64,000 bases of DNA, taken from contig CALXEQ010000003.1 of NCBI GenBank assembly GCA_944387375.1, forward strand, positions 148,969-212,968, read 5' to 3'. The translations under genes were made by a program, and so were the position numbers. Below are positions 40,305 through 50,012 of the stretch, piece by piece. The notes under the pieces are model-generated. The model saw nothing but the letters and a program-made list of their open reading frames with translations. It was not told where the DNA came from and made no database searches. This stretch comes from an uncultured Clostridia bacterium. GTDB taxonomy: Bacteria; Bacillota; Clostridia; TANB77; CAG-465. Every line of letters starts with the position of its first letter. Positions within the stretch are counted from its first letter, which is position 1.

Positions 40305-40901
40305 TTATTGCCTAGCAGAATAAAATACTCTTGTTTTTGTTAAATCATACCCTTTAGCATTAAGCATTTGCGATACTGTTATTACTTGATAATCATTTTC
40401 TACTAAATATTTAAGTATTTCTTCTACAGCAGGCACAGTAGTAGAATGTATATCATGAAGCAATATTATATCTCCATCTTGTACATCATTTAATACCAAT
40501 GGTACTATTTTCTCTTTATCTCTACTTTTCCAATCTAACGAATCTACATTCCAAAGTATTAATGGATTATCAATTGTATTTTTTACATTTTCATTTATAG
40601 AACCATATGGAGGTCTTACAAGTGTTGGTCTTTTTCCTGTAATTTTTTCTATTTTACTTGCAGTATTATCTACTTCCTTTTTTATCTCATCACTAGATAA
40701 TTTAGTAAGCTCTTTATGACTCCATGTATGTATTCCAATTTCATTTCCTGCATCAAATACTCTTTTTACAACATCTGGATATTTTTCTGCATTTGAACCT
40801 AGCATAAAAAATGTTGCATAAGCATTATATTTTGAAAGTATATTAAGTATATCATCTGTATTTTTTGAATGTGGTCCATCATCAAAAGTTAGTGCTACCA
40901 T
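40305..40901 (-). CDS. NodB polysaccharide deacetylase catalytic domain (probable C-terminal half of a split PdaC-like gene)
   Basis: The ORF begins MVALTFDDGPHS, directly at the NodB motif, with no signal or TM. The in-frame upstream sequence is open to a stop at 41043-41045 and contains no start codon. The adjacent upstream ORF (41029-41589) is in another frame. Confidence 0.6.
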   Translation of the reverse strand: MVALTFDDGPHSKNTDDILNILSKYNAYATFFMLGSNAEKYPDVVKRVFDAGNEIGIHTWSHKELTKLSSDEIKKEVDNTASKIEKITGKRPTLVRPPYGSINENVKNTIDNPLILWNVDSLDWKSRDKEKIVPLVLNDVQDGDIILLHDIHSTTVPAVEEILKYLVENDYQVITVSQMLNAKGYDLTKTRVFYSARQ

Positions 40902-41028
40902 TTTTTTATTTTTGTCTATTAAACTAGGTATTAGCTTTTGATATTCTTCCTCTGATACATTTAAGTTTTGAGAATTAAGTAATGTTGAATTTATACTTTC
41001 TTTTAGATTATTATATGTATAACTCTCC

Positions 41029-41589
41029 TCATCTTCTCCGCTTTAAAAATACTATTGCATTTTGTGTAAGAAAATATTTTTCTGAATAAATATCTGCTAT
41101 TTTTTCTTTATATTCCGATTGAAATAATTCATCTAATAATAATTCTTTACTTTCTATTAAATTACAATTAAAAGTAGTAATTTCTGTATTATATTCATCT
41201 TTTTTCAAATCTTTTATTTTAGTGATAATTTTTGCACTTACAATACTATCATTTACTTTATATGTATCTATTGATTGCAAAAAAACAGCTTTATCTTTTT
41301 TTAATACTCTATTTTCAATACTGTTTTTTTCTATGAAAGATTCAATTTTTGAATTTACAAATTCATTTACTTTAGAATTAAAAAATTCATTTTCACATTC
41401 AAAATTTTGATAATACATTTCATAGTTTTTTTCTACTACTTCTTCGTTTTTAACGCTACCATATTCTACGCTTTTGGTTTCGAGCTTTACAATATCTAAT
41501 GTGTTATAATTCTTATAAATTGGGATAAAAACAATAACTATCATTGCAATAACTAAAACAACAAAAAATACAATAATTGATTTTTTCAT
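41029..41589 (-). CDS. Membrane-anchored DUF4163/DUF3298-like domain protein (probable N-terminal half of a split PdaC-like gene)
   Basis: 186 aa with N-terminal TM MKKSIIVFFVVLVIAMIVIVFIPI and a soluble domain resembling the N-terminal region of B. subtilis PdaC (YjeA). It ends 14 nt before the in-frame stop of the deacetylase frame. Confidence 0.5.
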   Translation of the reverse strand: MKKSIIVFFVVLVIAMIVIVFIPIYKNYNTLDIVKLETKSVEYGSVKNEEVVEKNYEMYYQNFECENEFFNSKVNEFVNSKIESFIEKNSIENRVLKKDKAVFLQSIDTYKVNDSIVSAKIITKIKDLKKDEYNTEITTFNCNLIESKELLLDELFQSEYKEKIADIYSEKYFLTQNAIVFLKRRR

Positions 41590-41724
41590 ACCAATTCCCC
41601 CTTTTAATAATTATTTTTTTCCATAGTGTAAATTATTTACTATTATGTAAAATAAATCTTGTATAATTATATAATATTCTTATATTAAAGTCAATAAAAA
41701 GTAACTATTATAATTATATAATAG

Positions 41725-42597
41725 TTACATACCATAATATATTTTACCATTTTCTAATGGTACTCCTTTAATTTTATATAGCTCTGTTACAGTTACAAAA
41801 TTATATCCCTTTTCTTTTAGTTTAATTATAATAGGTTCAACTGCATCTAATGTTGTTTTATATATCTCATGCATAAGTATTATATCTCCATCATCAACTT
41901 CTTTTAAAGTTTTAGAAATGATTTTTTGTGTATCTCTACTTTCCCAGTCTCTAGTATCCACATTCCATAAAATACATGGCTTAGATATTGTATTAAGCAC
42001 ATTTTCATTTTGATTTCCACCAGGAGATCTATAATATCTTGCTCTTTCTCCTATTATTTCTTCTAGCATATCATCTACACTATTTATTTCATATTCTATA
42101 TCTTCTTTACTTAAATTCTTCAAATTTTTATGATTTTGCGAATGATTACATATCTCCATTCCATTGTCATATGCATACTTTACAGATGATTTATAATTTT
42201 TAATATTTTGTCCAACCATAAAAAATGATGCTTTTACGTTATTTTTTACAAGTAAATCTACTAACTCTTTTGTATATTTTCCGGGTCCATCGTCAAAAGT
42301 AAGTGCAACATATTTTTTACCATCATCTATAGGTTCAATATTTTCTTCTATTTCTTCCTCTCCTACATATAATTCAGACTTTACATTGCTAGCTTCTATT
42401 CTAACCTTTATATCACTTATTTTTATTCTATTATCTATTTTACTATAATCTATTAAATTAAATATTGTATTTTCTAATATTGGAATTAGCATAAGCATTA
42501 CTATAATTATTAATAAAATACTAATATATGATATTTTTATTTTTTTATTATCTTTTTTATAAAACGTTATATAACCAGACCTTAAATTTGGCTTCAT
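41725..42597 (-). CDS. Membrane-anchored NodB polysaccharide deacetylase (PdaA/PgdA-like)
   Basis: 290 aa with an N-terminal TM, then KYVALTFDDGPGKYTKELVDLLVKNNVKASFFMVG and the HSQNH His motif. Confidence 0.8.
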   Translation of the reverse strand: MKPNLRSGYITFYKKDNKKIKISYISILLIIIVMLMLIPILENTIFNLIDYSKIDNRIKISDIKVRIEASNVKSELYVGEEEIEENIEPIDDGKKYVALTFDDGPGKYTKELVDLLVKNNVKASFFMVGQNIKNYKSSVKYAYDNGMEICNHSQNHKNLKNLSKEDIEYEINSVDDMLEEIIGERARYYRSPGGNQNENVLNTISKPCILWNVDTRDWESRDTQKIISKTLKEVDDGDIILMHEIYKTTLDAVEPIIIKLKEKGYNFVTVTELYKIKGVPLENGKIYYGM

Positions 42598-42644
42598 ATA
42601 CTATACCTCAATTTTATTATACCGATAATAATAAAATTAATCAA

Positions 42645-42675
42645 CAAAAAGAGTTTGAATCTTAATTCAAACTCT
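42645..42675 (-). terminator. Rho-independent terminator downstream of htrA
   Basis: Stem GAGTTTGAAT (42651-42660) / TTCAAACTC (42666-42674). The A5 run at 42646-42650 gives the U-tract on the minus transcript. Confidence 0.5.
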
Positions 42676-42684
42676 CTATTTTTA

Positions 42685-43848
42685 TTAATTAGTTACTTCA
42701 CTTGATACTCCATCATCACCACTTAATGTAATTTCAAGTTCTTGATAATCTCCACCCCTATAAACTTTAACTTTTACTTTATCGCCTATAGATTTTTGAT
42801 TTTTAGCGTTGTTTAATTCTTGTTTTGTCTTAACTTGCTGTCCATCAAATTCAACAATTATATCTCCTCTAGAGATTCCTGCTGCTTCTGCAGGTGAATC
42901 ACTAAATACTTGATATACATAAACACCTTCTACCAAATTATTTCTTTTGGCAGTGGCTTCATCCATATCTATTCCATATATTCCAATATATGGTCTAACA
43001 ATTTTTCCAGTTAACTTTAATTCTTCAATTATTTTTAGAGCATCGTCACTTGGAATAGCAAATCCTAATCCCTCAACTGTAGTATCAGTAACCTTAACAG
43101 TATTTATACCAATTACTTCTCCTTTTGCATTAACAAGTGCTCCACCACTATTACCAGGATTTATAGCTGCATCTGTCTGAATTAATTGATATGTTCTACC
43201 ATCAGTTGTTATAGTTCTATTTAATGCTGAAATATATCCGACTGTAACGCTTCCTGCAAATTCTTGACCAAGTGGGTTACCAATAGCTACTGCAAGTTCA
43301 CCAACTTGTAAATCTGAAGATTTACCAAATGTTGCTGGTGTAAGTCCTGTAGCATCTATTTTTAGTAATGCAAGGTCTGTAACTGAATCTGTTCCTATTA
43401 TTTCAGCAATATATTCTTCTTGATTAGATAAAGTAACAGTAACTTGTGCACTAGTAGATGAAATTGCATCTTCTACTACGTGATAATTAGTTATTATATA
43501 TCCATCTTCAGAATATATAATTCCTGAACCTTCTTCTGATGTTTCTTGTAACTCACCAAAAAATCCTTGTTCATAAAAATCTACTTTGACTCCAACAACA
43601 GATGGTCCTGCTATTTGAGCAACAGCTACAACGGGATTTTCCACATTTTCAACATTGTATGTTGTATTTCCCGCACTTATTTGAGTATTATTACCTCTTA
43701 CTAAAAAATATGTTGTAAGAGAACTAATAACTGATACTAAAATAATACCAATTATAATAATTATTACTTTAGGTACACCTCTTCTTCTTTTTTCTGCAAC
43801 TAATGTTGTCTTAAAATCAGAACTATTTTCATTCTCTTCCATAATCAC
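42685..43848 (-). CDS. htrA: HtrA/DegP-family serine protease with PDZ domain
   Basis: 387 aa with an N-terminal TM. Catalytic triad context TNYHVV ... D ... GNSGGALVN, and a C-terminal PDZ. Confidence 0.85.
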   Translation of the reverse strand: MIMEENENSSDFKTTLVAEKRRRGVPKVIIIIIGIILVSVISSLTTYFLVRGNNTQISAGNTTYNVENVENPVVAVAQIAGPSVVGVKVDFYEQGFFGELQETSEEGSGIIYSEDGYIITNYHVVEDAISSTSAQVTVTLSNQEEYIAEIIGTDSVTDLALLKIDATGLTPATFGKSSDLQVGELAVAIGNPLGQEFAGSVTVGYISALNRTITTDGRTYQLIQTDAAINPGNSGGALVNAKGEVIGINTVKVTDTTVEGLGFAIPSDDALKIIEELKLTGKIVRPYIGIYGIDMDEATAKRNNLVEGVYVYQVFSDSPAEAAGISRGDIIVEFDGQQVKTKQELNNAKNQKSIGDKVKVKVYRGGDYQELEITLSGDDGVSSEVTN

Positions 43849-43856
43849 ATTCCTCC

Positions 43857-45095
43857 TTATATATTTTTACCAGCTGCTACAGCTGTTGAAAAAGCTATTT
43901 GTAAGTTAAAGCCTCCTGTAAAAGCATCAACATCTAAGACTTCTCCTGCCAAAAATAAATTTTTAATAACTTTTGATTCCATTGTTTTAGGATTTATTTG
44001 CTTTACATCTACTCCACCACAAGTTATTATTGCAATGTCTATTGGCATAAGATCAGCAATTTGAATTTTTAGATTTTTTATCAAATATGCAAGTCTACCT
44101 CTTTCTTCTTTAGTTATTTGATGTACTTTTTTATCTGGCTTTATATTGCTTAACTCAACAATAACTGGTATCATTTTTTGAGGTAATAAATCAACAAGTG
44201 AATTTTTAAATTCTTTATTTGAATATCTATCGAAATCTCTCTTTATCCTCTTATCAAGTGTTTCGAGGCTTAGCGCTGGCTTTAGGTCAATTATACCATA
44301 AATATTTTTTTTTGTAAACTTATCCCCCAGATTTTCCAGTCTATTAAGCAAACTGCTTCCACTTAAAACTATAGGACCTGTAAGTCCAAAATGAGCAAAA
44401 AGCATTTCTCCAAAAGAATCATAAATAACTTTCTCCTTATCTAATATTTTGAAGCCTACATTTTTTAATGTAAGACCTTGTAATCTTTTGCAAATTTCAT
44501 CATTTGATTTTAAAGGAACAAGGCCTGGTCTTAAATCTATTATATTATGTCCATATTTTTTTAATAACTCAAAGCCCTCTCCACTGCTTCCAGTTGTTTT
44601 ATAACTTTTTCCTCCAGTACATAATATAAATTTATCTGCAAAATAATCTTTTTTATTTGTTTTTATTCCAATCAAAGTATTATCTTTTATAATAAAATCT
44701 TTTAACTCTATTTCATAGTCTATTTTTACATTATATTTTTTTAACTCGTTTTTTAGCGCAAGTACTACATCTTCTGCTCTATCACTTGCAGGAAATATTC
44801 TTCCTCCTCTTTCTACTTTAGTCTTAACACCAAGACTATTAAAGTATTCTACTACATCTTTATTAGTAAAATTTGAAAATGAGCTATACATAAATTTATC
44901 ATTTTTTACTATATTGTTTTTAAAATCTTCTATATCTCCATCAAAAGTTAAATTACATCTTCCTTTTCCTGTTATTTTTACTTTATTACCAATACTCTTA
45001 GTTTTTTCAATTAATATTACATCGTTATTATTTTTTGCGCTAGTTATAGCCGCCATCATTCCTGCAGCACCTGCTCCTATAACTACAACTTTCAT
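43857..45095 (-). CDS. HI0933-like FAD-dependent oxidoreductase (aminoacetone oxidase family / YhiN-like)
   Basis: 412 aa with N-terminal Rossmann MKVVVIGAGAAGMMAAITSAK. Length and C-terminal pattern are typical of the HI0933 family. Confidence 0.7.
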   Translation of the reverse strand: MKVVVIGAGAAGMMAAITSAKNNNDVILIEKTKSIGNKVKITGKGRCNLTFDGDIEDFKNNIVKNDKFMYSSFSNFTNKDVVEYFNSLGVKTKVERGGRIFPASDRAEDVVLALKNELKKYNVKIDYEIELKDFIIKDNTLIGIKTNKKDYFADKFILCTGGKSYKTTGSSGEGFELLKKYGHNIIDLRPGLVPLKSNDEICKRLQGLTLKNVGFKILDKEKVIYDSFGEMLFAHFGLTGPIVLSGSSLLNRLENLGDKFTKKNIYGIIDLKPALSLETLDKRIKRDFDRYSNKEFKNSLVDLLPQKMIPVIVELSNIKPDKKVHQITKEERGRLAYLIKNLKIQIADLMPIDIAIITCGGVDVKQINPKTMESKVIKNLFLAGEVLDVDAFTGGFNLQIAFSTAVAAGKNI

Positions 45096-45098
45096 AAA

Positions 45099-46361
45099 TT
45101 ACTCTCCTAACATTTTATTTGTAGCAATAAGTATTGCAAGTTTTGCTGACTCATATGAAAGTCCACCTTGCATATATGCTGCATATGGCTCTCTCATTGG
45201 AGAATCTGCTGAAAGTTCAATTGATGCTCCCTCCATAAAAGTCCCTGCTGCCATAATAACTTCATCAGCATATCCTGGCATATTCCAAGGCATTGGAACT
45301 ACATTACTATCTACAGCAGATGCATACTGTATTCCCTGAATAAATTTTATAAGCTTCTCTTTATCATGAAAATTTATAATTTGTACAATATCGCTACGTT
45401 TATCTTCAGCTTTAGGAAATACGTCAAGTCCTAAATTTTCAAGCAATTTTGCAGCAAATACCATTGCTTTTAAAGCTGATGCTACAACAGTTGGCGCCAT
45501 GAAAAATCCTTGTATTATATTTTGATTTTGTCCAAGCGTTGCACCATTTTCTTTTCCAAGTCCTGGACAATATAATTCTTGTACTATATCTTCTATTAAA
45601 TCTTTTCTACCACATACATATCCACCCATCTCACAAAGACCACCACCAGCATTTTTTATTAAACTTCCGCAACATATATCTGCTCCAACTGCTGTTGGTT
45701 CTTTTTCTTCAGTAAATTCTCCATAACAGTTATCTACAAAAATAATTACATCTTTATCTACTGTTCTTATTTCTTTTATAACCTCTTCAATTTGAGATAT
45801 AAGTAGTGCTTTTCTTACTGCATATCCTCTAGATCTTTGTATGTGAACAAGCTTTACTTTATGATTTTTTAAATATTCTTTTATTTCTTCCATTTTAAAA
45901 TTATCATTTTCATCTAAATCTATTTGTGAATATTTAATTCCTTGATTTATTAAAGAATTTTTATTTTCTTCAAGTCCAATTACTGTGCATAAAGTATCAT
46001 ATGGCATACCAGATATAGCAAGCATTTCGTCTCCGTATCTTAAAATTCCTTTTAATGCTGTTGCTATAGTATGAGTTCCACTTACAAATTGTACTCTTAC
46101 TAAAGCATCCTGTGCACCAAATACTTCTGCATAAACCTTTTCAATTGCTTCTCTTCCTACATCTCCATGTCCATAGCCTGTAGTTTTTGAAAAATGTACC
46201 TGTCCAATTGGAACATTTTGAAAAGCTTTTAATACCCTAGCTTGATTATATAACGCTGTTTCTTCAATTTGTTTAAAAATATCTTTTACTTCCTCTTCAG
46301 ATTTTCTAGATATTTCTTCTAATTTTGGACTAATATTAAATAGTCTATATGCACTTTCCAT
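45099..46361 (-). CDS. Methionine gamma-lyase-family PLP protein (YnbB / aluminium-resistance-like)
   Basis: 420 aa. The N-terminal region MESAYRLFNISPKLEEISRKSEEEVKDIFKQIEETALYNQARVLKAFQ is characteristic of the YnbB family, and there is a PLP-lysine context. Confidence 0.6.
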   Translation of the reverse strand: MESAYRLFNISPKLEEISRKSEEEVKDIFKQIEETALYNQARVLKAFQNVPIGQVHFSKTTGYGHGDVGREAIEKVYAEVFGAQDALVRVQFVSGTHTIATALKGILRYGDEMLAISGMPYDTLCTVIGLEENKNSLINQGIKYSQIDLDENDNFKMEEIKEYLKNHKVKLVHIQRSRGYAVRKALLISQIEEVIKEIRTVDKDVIIFVDNCYGEFTEEKEPTAVGADICCGSLIKNAGGGLCEMGGYVCGRKDLIEDIVQELYCPGLGKENGATLGQNQNIIQGFFMAPTVVASALKAMVFAAKLLENLGLDVFPKAEDKRSDIVQIINFHDKEKLIKFIQGIQYASAVDSNVVPMPWNMPGYADEVIMAAGTFMEGASIELSADSPMREPYAAYMQGGLSYESAKLAILIATNKMLGE

Positions 46362-46474
46362 TTTTTATCACCGTACTTATTATACCACATACATAGTTCA
46401 AAATAAACATATTATGTCTATTTTCACCAAAAATTCATTACTTACATATAGTTTTCAAAAAAATCACAAACATA

Positions 46475-46517
46475 TAAAAAAAGTAAAGAAATTTATAAAA
46501 TTTCTTTACTTTTTTAT
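46475..46517 (-). terminator. Bidirectional rho-independent terminator after the DUF1292 gene
   Basis: 14-bp stem AAGTAAAGAAATTT (46481-46494) / AAATTTCTTTACTT (46498-46511), flanked by A- and T-runs. Confidence 0.55.
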
Positions 46518-46519
46518 TA

Positions 46520-46861
46520 CTATTCTTCTTCCTCATCAATTCCTTGTTGTTTTAAAAATTGTGAATATACTTTCTTAGATATTTCTTCATCTACTACTGT
46601 ATCGTATACTTCTTCACCATCTTCTTCTTTAATTTCTAAAATAACAACATCAATTTCATCACTTTCATCATCTTTAACTTCAGCTAAAATTAAAAATGAT
46701 CTTCCATCTAGTACAACAACATCTAGTTTTTCAAAAGTAACGTCATTTCCATTTTCATCTGTTAAAACAAGTATTGGTAGTGAACTATCATCATGATCAT
46801 GTCCACATCCTCCACAAGTTCCACATGAACCGCCACATCCCAAAGATTCTTCTTTATCCAT
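46520..46861 (-). CDS. DUF1292 (YrzB/UPF0473) family protein with Cys4/His-rich N-terminal extension
   Basis: 113 aa. The acidic core LPILVLTDENGNDVTFEKLDVVVLDGRSFLILAEV is typical DUF1292. The N-terminus reads LGCGGSCGTCGGCGHDHDD. Confidence 0.65.
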   Translation of the reverse strand: MDKEESLGCGGSCGTCGGCGHDHDDSSLPILVLTDENGNDVTFEKLDVVVLDGRSFLILAEVKDDESDEIDVVILEIKEEDGEEVYDTVVDEEISKKVYSQFLKQQGIDEEEE

Positions 46862-46899
46862 TTAATTTCCTCCTTTAAAGTATATTATATTTTTATATA

Positions 46900-47316
46900 C
46901 TATCTAGATAGCATATTCAAATATCCTTCTAATATATAAGTAGCTGCAAACCTATCTGCTACTCTATTTTTTTCTTTTTGAGATATTTTCATCTCTTTCA
47001 TTGTTTTATATGCAGAAACTGTAGTTAGTCTTTCATCCCATTTATGAACTATAAGACCTAACTCTTCTAGTCTAGGAATAAGACTATCTATTTTTTCTGT
47101 TTTTTCTGATTTGGTTCCATTCATATTTTTAGGATATCCAATAACTACCTCTTCAAAATCATATTTTTTTTGAAGCTCTTTTATACCATTAATAAATTTC
47201 TTATCACTTCCATTTATTACTAAAGTATCAAGTCCTTGAGCAGTTATTCTTAAAGAATCGGAGATAGCAAGACCAACTCTTACATCTCCATAATCTATTC
47301 CTAATATTCTTTTCAT
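46900..47316 (-). CDS. ruvX: Putative pre-16S rRNA nuclease / Holliday-junction resolvase-like RuvX (YqgF)
   Basis: 138 aa, MKRILGIDYGDVRVGLAISD matches the RuvX N-terminus (GxDxGxxRxGxAxSD). It is in conserved synteny with UPF0297 and DUF1292. Confidence 0.85.
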   Translation of the reverse strand: MKRILGIDYGDVRVGLAISDSLRITAQGLDTLVINGSDKKFINGIKELQKKYDFEEVVIGYPKNMNGTKSEKTEKIDSLIPRLEELGLIVHKWDERLTTVSAYKTMKEMKISQKEKNRVADRFAATYILEGYLNMLSR

Positions 47317-47323
47317 ATCTCAC

Positions 47324-47578
47324 CTATAAATCTAAATATTTCTTTATCATTTCTTGTAATAAATCATCTCTTTCAATTTTGCATATTAAAGCTCTTGCAT
47401 TTTGATGAGATGTTATGTAAGTTGGATCACCAGATAAAATATATCCAATTATCTGGCTAGTTGGTTCATAACCTTTATCTTTTAAGGCAGCAACAACCTT
47501 TTCCATAATCTCTTTTACTCTTTTTGATTCATCTCTTTGTGGTTTAAAAACTGTTGTATTTTGATCCATATCTATCAC
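47324..47578 (-). CDS. ireB: UPF0297 / IreB (YrzL) family protein
   Basis: 84 aa. VKEIMEKVVAALKDKGYEPTSQIIGYILSGDPTYITSHQNARALI matches the IreB family, and it sits in conserved position upstream of ruvX. Confidence 0.8.
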   Translation of the reverse strand: MIDMDQNTTVFKPQRDESKRVKEIMEKVVAALKDKGYEPTSQIIGYILSGDPTYITSHQNARALICKIERDDLLQEMIKKYLDL

Positions 47579-47603
47579 ACTCCTTAAAATATCTAATCAA
47601 AAT

Positions 47604-49337
47604 TTATTGTTTTCTTCTGAACAAACCAAATCTTTTTTGTTCTTTACTGCTTTCTTGTGTATAATGCTTTTCTTCAACACTTACTTTACCTTTAGTTGGA
47701 TATATTGTATTTATTATTTGATTTAAATTATCCTGAAACTCTTTAGTAAAGCTTGAAAATTTATTTGAATATTTATATACCATCTCTATATATTTTTTGT
47801 AGTTTTCTACATCAAATGGTAATATAAAATACTGCACTCTTTTAGGATTAAATAATTCGTCAAACATTTTTAAATCGTAGCTTGTATATGTTGCTATACC
47901 ATCTATTATATCTTTTGATGATAAACTACATTCAACATATTTATTTATTATTATTTTAATTTTTTCCATACCTATGCCACGTTGCTTTAATTCTCTTAAA
48001 AACATAGTTATTTGACTTATATTTAATATATTCATATCCTGTACTATATATATGTCTTGAGCTAGTCTAAAATAATCAAGTGGTGTACTAAAATCTGCAT
48101 CTATAAGTACAACATTATTATTTTTTGCAACTGTATCTATTAATAAATTAGGATTATACGATTTTCTGTCTTCACCAGGCACTGCAGTATATATACTTAA
48201 CTTTTCATATACTAAAGGTTCATTTTTACCGTTTGACGCATATTTTAAGCTCTCTCCTGCTATATTTCTTTTTCCTGTATTATCATATGTATATATCGTA
48301 TACATATCTCTTTTCCTTGACATATCTACTATTGCTGTTTTTACACCCTTTTTAGCTAAGTATGTACCTATTGCATTTATACAAAATGTGGTACCAGCTT
48401 TTGGTGCTCCAACAAAGCAAACAGTTTTTTTATAATCCTCAGGAACATCATAAAACTGTTTAACTACTTCTACTTCTGTTACTTGTGTTATTACTTTTGG
48501 AACTTCTTGTTTTACTATTTTTTCTTTAGTTGGTTCTTTTACAACTATTTGTTTTACAATTTCTTTTCCATTTTGAATTTCATAATTTGAATTATTCTTC
48601 CCCTTATCTACTAAAGATGGTTGTTGTACATTTTCTTGTGGTGCTTGAGGTTGAGGAATAGATACATTATTTATTTCTACTATACTTTTATATGATTCAC
48701 TATTTTGAGCTAAATAATCTTTTACATCTGGTGGAAGATAACTAATTATTACTCCCATTTGCTCTGTTGTATATTGTTGAACTATACTATCAAAAACTGC
48801 ATTATATCTACTTGTATCACCATTTAAATTATTAAAATATACTAATATTTTTCTTAGTTCAGTTTCATTAACTTCTGAAGTATTATATACATTATTTGGA
48901 TCGACATTAGAATAATATTTCTTAGCTTCTTTTCTTGTTGTAGGACTATTAATTGCTTCACAAACTTTTCTTATTGTTCTATCTGTTCCTGTTAAAGTTG
49001 TATATATACCTCCAAAAAATAATCTTGCTAAAAAACTATCACCAAGCTTTCTTCTTTCAGAAGCTACATATATTAAGTTTCTTGCCTCAAAATCATTTAT
49101 TATTTTATCTATATATTCAAATAATTGTTTATCTATTTCAGCATAATTTTTGGTAGGAAATTTTTCAAGCTCTTCACTTAATACTGCTCTATCATAATCC
49201 CCAGTAGCGATTTCATTGCTAAATTGTTTAAAATAATATGCCATCTTATATTCAAGTTTTTCTTTATATTTTTCTTCGTAATATTTAGCAATATCCTTTA
49301 CTGTTTTTTCATTACTCATTCCAAAAAGTACTTTCAT
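47604..49337 (-). CDS. Uncharacterized 577-aa protein with C-terminal degenerate P-loop (MinD/ParA-like fold?)
   Basis: The N-terminal ~220-aa domain is followed by a low-complexity Q/P/K/E/V linker. The C-terminal domain has VCFVGAPKAGTTFCINAIGTYLAKKGVKTAIVD, a Walker-A-like GxxxxG[TT] lacking the canonical Lys. The protein is soluble. Confidence 0.45.
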   Translation of the reverse strand: MKVLFGMSNEKTVKDIAKYYEEKYKEKLEYKMAYYFKQFSNEIATGDYDRAVLSEELEKFPTKNYAEIDKQLFEYIDKIINDFEARNLIYVASERRKLGDSFLARLFFGGIYTTLTGTDRTIRKVCEAINSPTTRKEAKKYYSNVDPNNVYNTSEVNETELRKILVYFNNLNGDTSRYNAVFDSIVQQYTTEQMGVIISYLPPDVKDYLAQNSESYKSIVEINNVSIPQPQAPQENVQQPSLVDKGKNNSNYEIQNGKEIVKQIVVKEPTKEKIVKQEVPKVITQVTEVEVVKQFYDVPEDYKKTVCFVGAPKAGTTFCINAIGTYLAKKGVKTAIVDMSRKRDMYTIYTYDNTGKRNIAGESLKYASNGKNEPLVYEKLSIYTAVPGEDRKSYNPNLLIDTVAKNNNVVLIDADFSTPLDYFRLAQDIYIVQDMNILNISQITMFLRELKQRGIGMEKIKIIINKYVECSLSSKDIIDGIATYTSYDLKMFDELFNPKRVQYFILPFDVENYKKYIEMVYKYSNKFSSFTKEFQDNLNQIINTIYPTKGKVSVEEKHYTQESSKEQKRFGLFRRKQ

Positions 49338-49390
49338 ATTCTCTTCCCTTCTAATTAATTTATTTTAAGGTTATATTACTATAATATTTA

Positions 49391-49711
49391 TTATATAATT
49401 ATAAATGCATATACTAATGGTAAACATTGTACTACTACCATGAAGACAGCAATGCCCATTACCATATTCTGACCTTGTACTTTAGATGCTAAAACTTCAG
49501 AGCCCACTACATAATATTTATATAGTGCAAATATTAAAAATAGTATAACAAAAGGCCATGAATATTTTTGTATCATCACTAATACATTTAAAGCACCATC
49601 TAAAATTTGATCATTTGTAACTGTATTATCTACAGCAAAAACAAATTCATTAACTATAGCTAAAAGCGCTGATACAATTAGCAATGAAATAATTGGTTTT
49701 TTATATGCCAT
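49391..49711 (-). CDS. Small membrane protein (signal peptide + two hydrophobic segments)
   Basis: 106 aa: MAYKKPIISLLIVSALLAIVNEFVFA, then a polar stretch, then two TM helices. Confidence 0.45.
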   Translation of the reverse strand: MAYKKPIISLLIVSALLAIVNEFVFAVDNTVTNDQILDGALNVLVMIQKYSWPFVILFLIFALYKYYVVGSEVLASKVQGQNMVMGIAVFMVVVQCLPLVYAFIII

Positions 49712-49901
49712 ATTGATTACCTCACTTATTCTAACAATTAAATTTATACATTTATAATTATATTATAAATAAAGTTAAATATCAAGTGATAGATAATAAA
49801 ATCTAGCAAAAAGATTTATTTTACATAAAACAATAGATTCAAAGGCAAATTTACTTTGAATCTATACTTAATTATTAAAAGTTCATTTTCTTTTGAATTT
49901 T

Positions 49902-50012
49902 TCTAAATTTTCTCTTTCCTTGTTTAATCACATCACAAAACATTTCGTTTTTTATAACTCCCAAACATGTTCCTGCTACCATTCCTATTATTGTCCCTTT
50001 TATAAACTCCAT
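49902..50012 (-). CDS. Possible small ORF (36 aa) with hydrophobic core
   Basis: ATG at 50010-50012 (rc) lies 7 nt after GGAGA. The product is MEFIKGTIIGMVAGTCLGVIKNEMFCDVIKQRKEKI, with stop at 49902-49904. It lies in a 305-nt gap not covered by the track. Confidence 0.25.
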
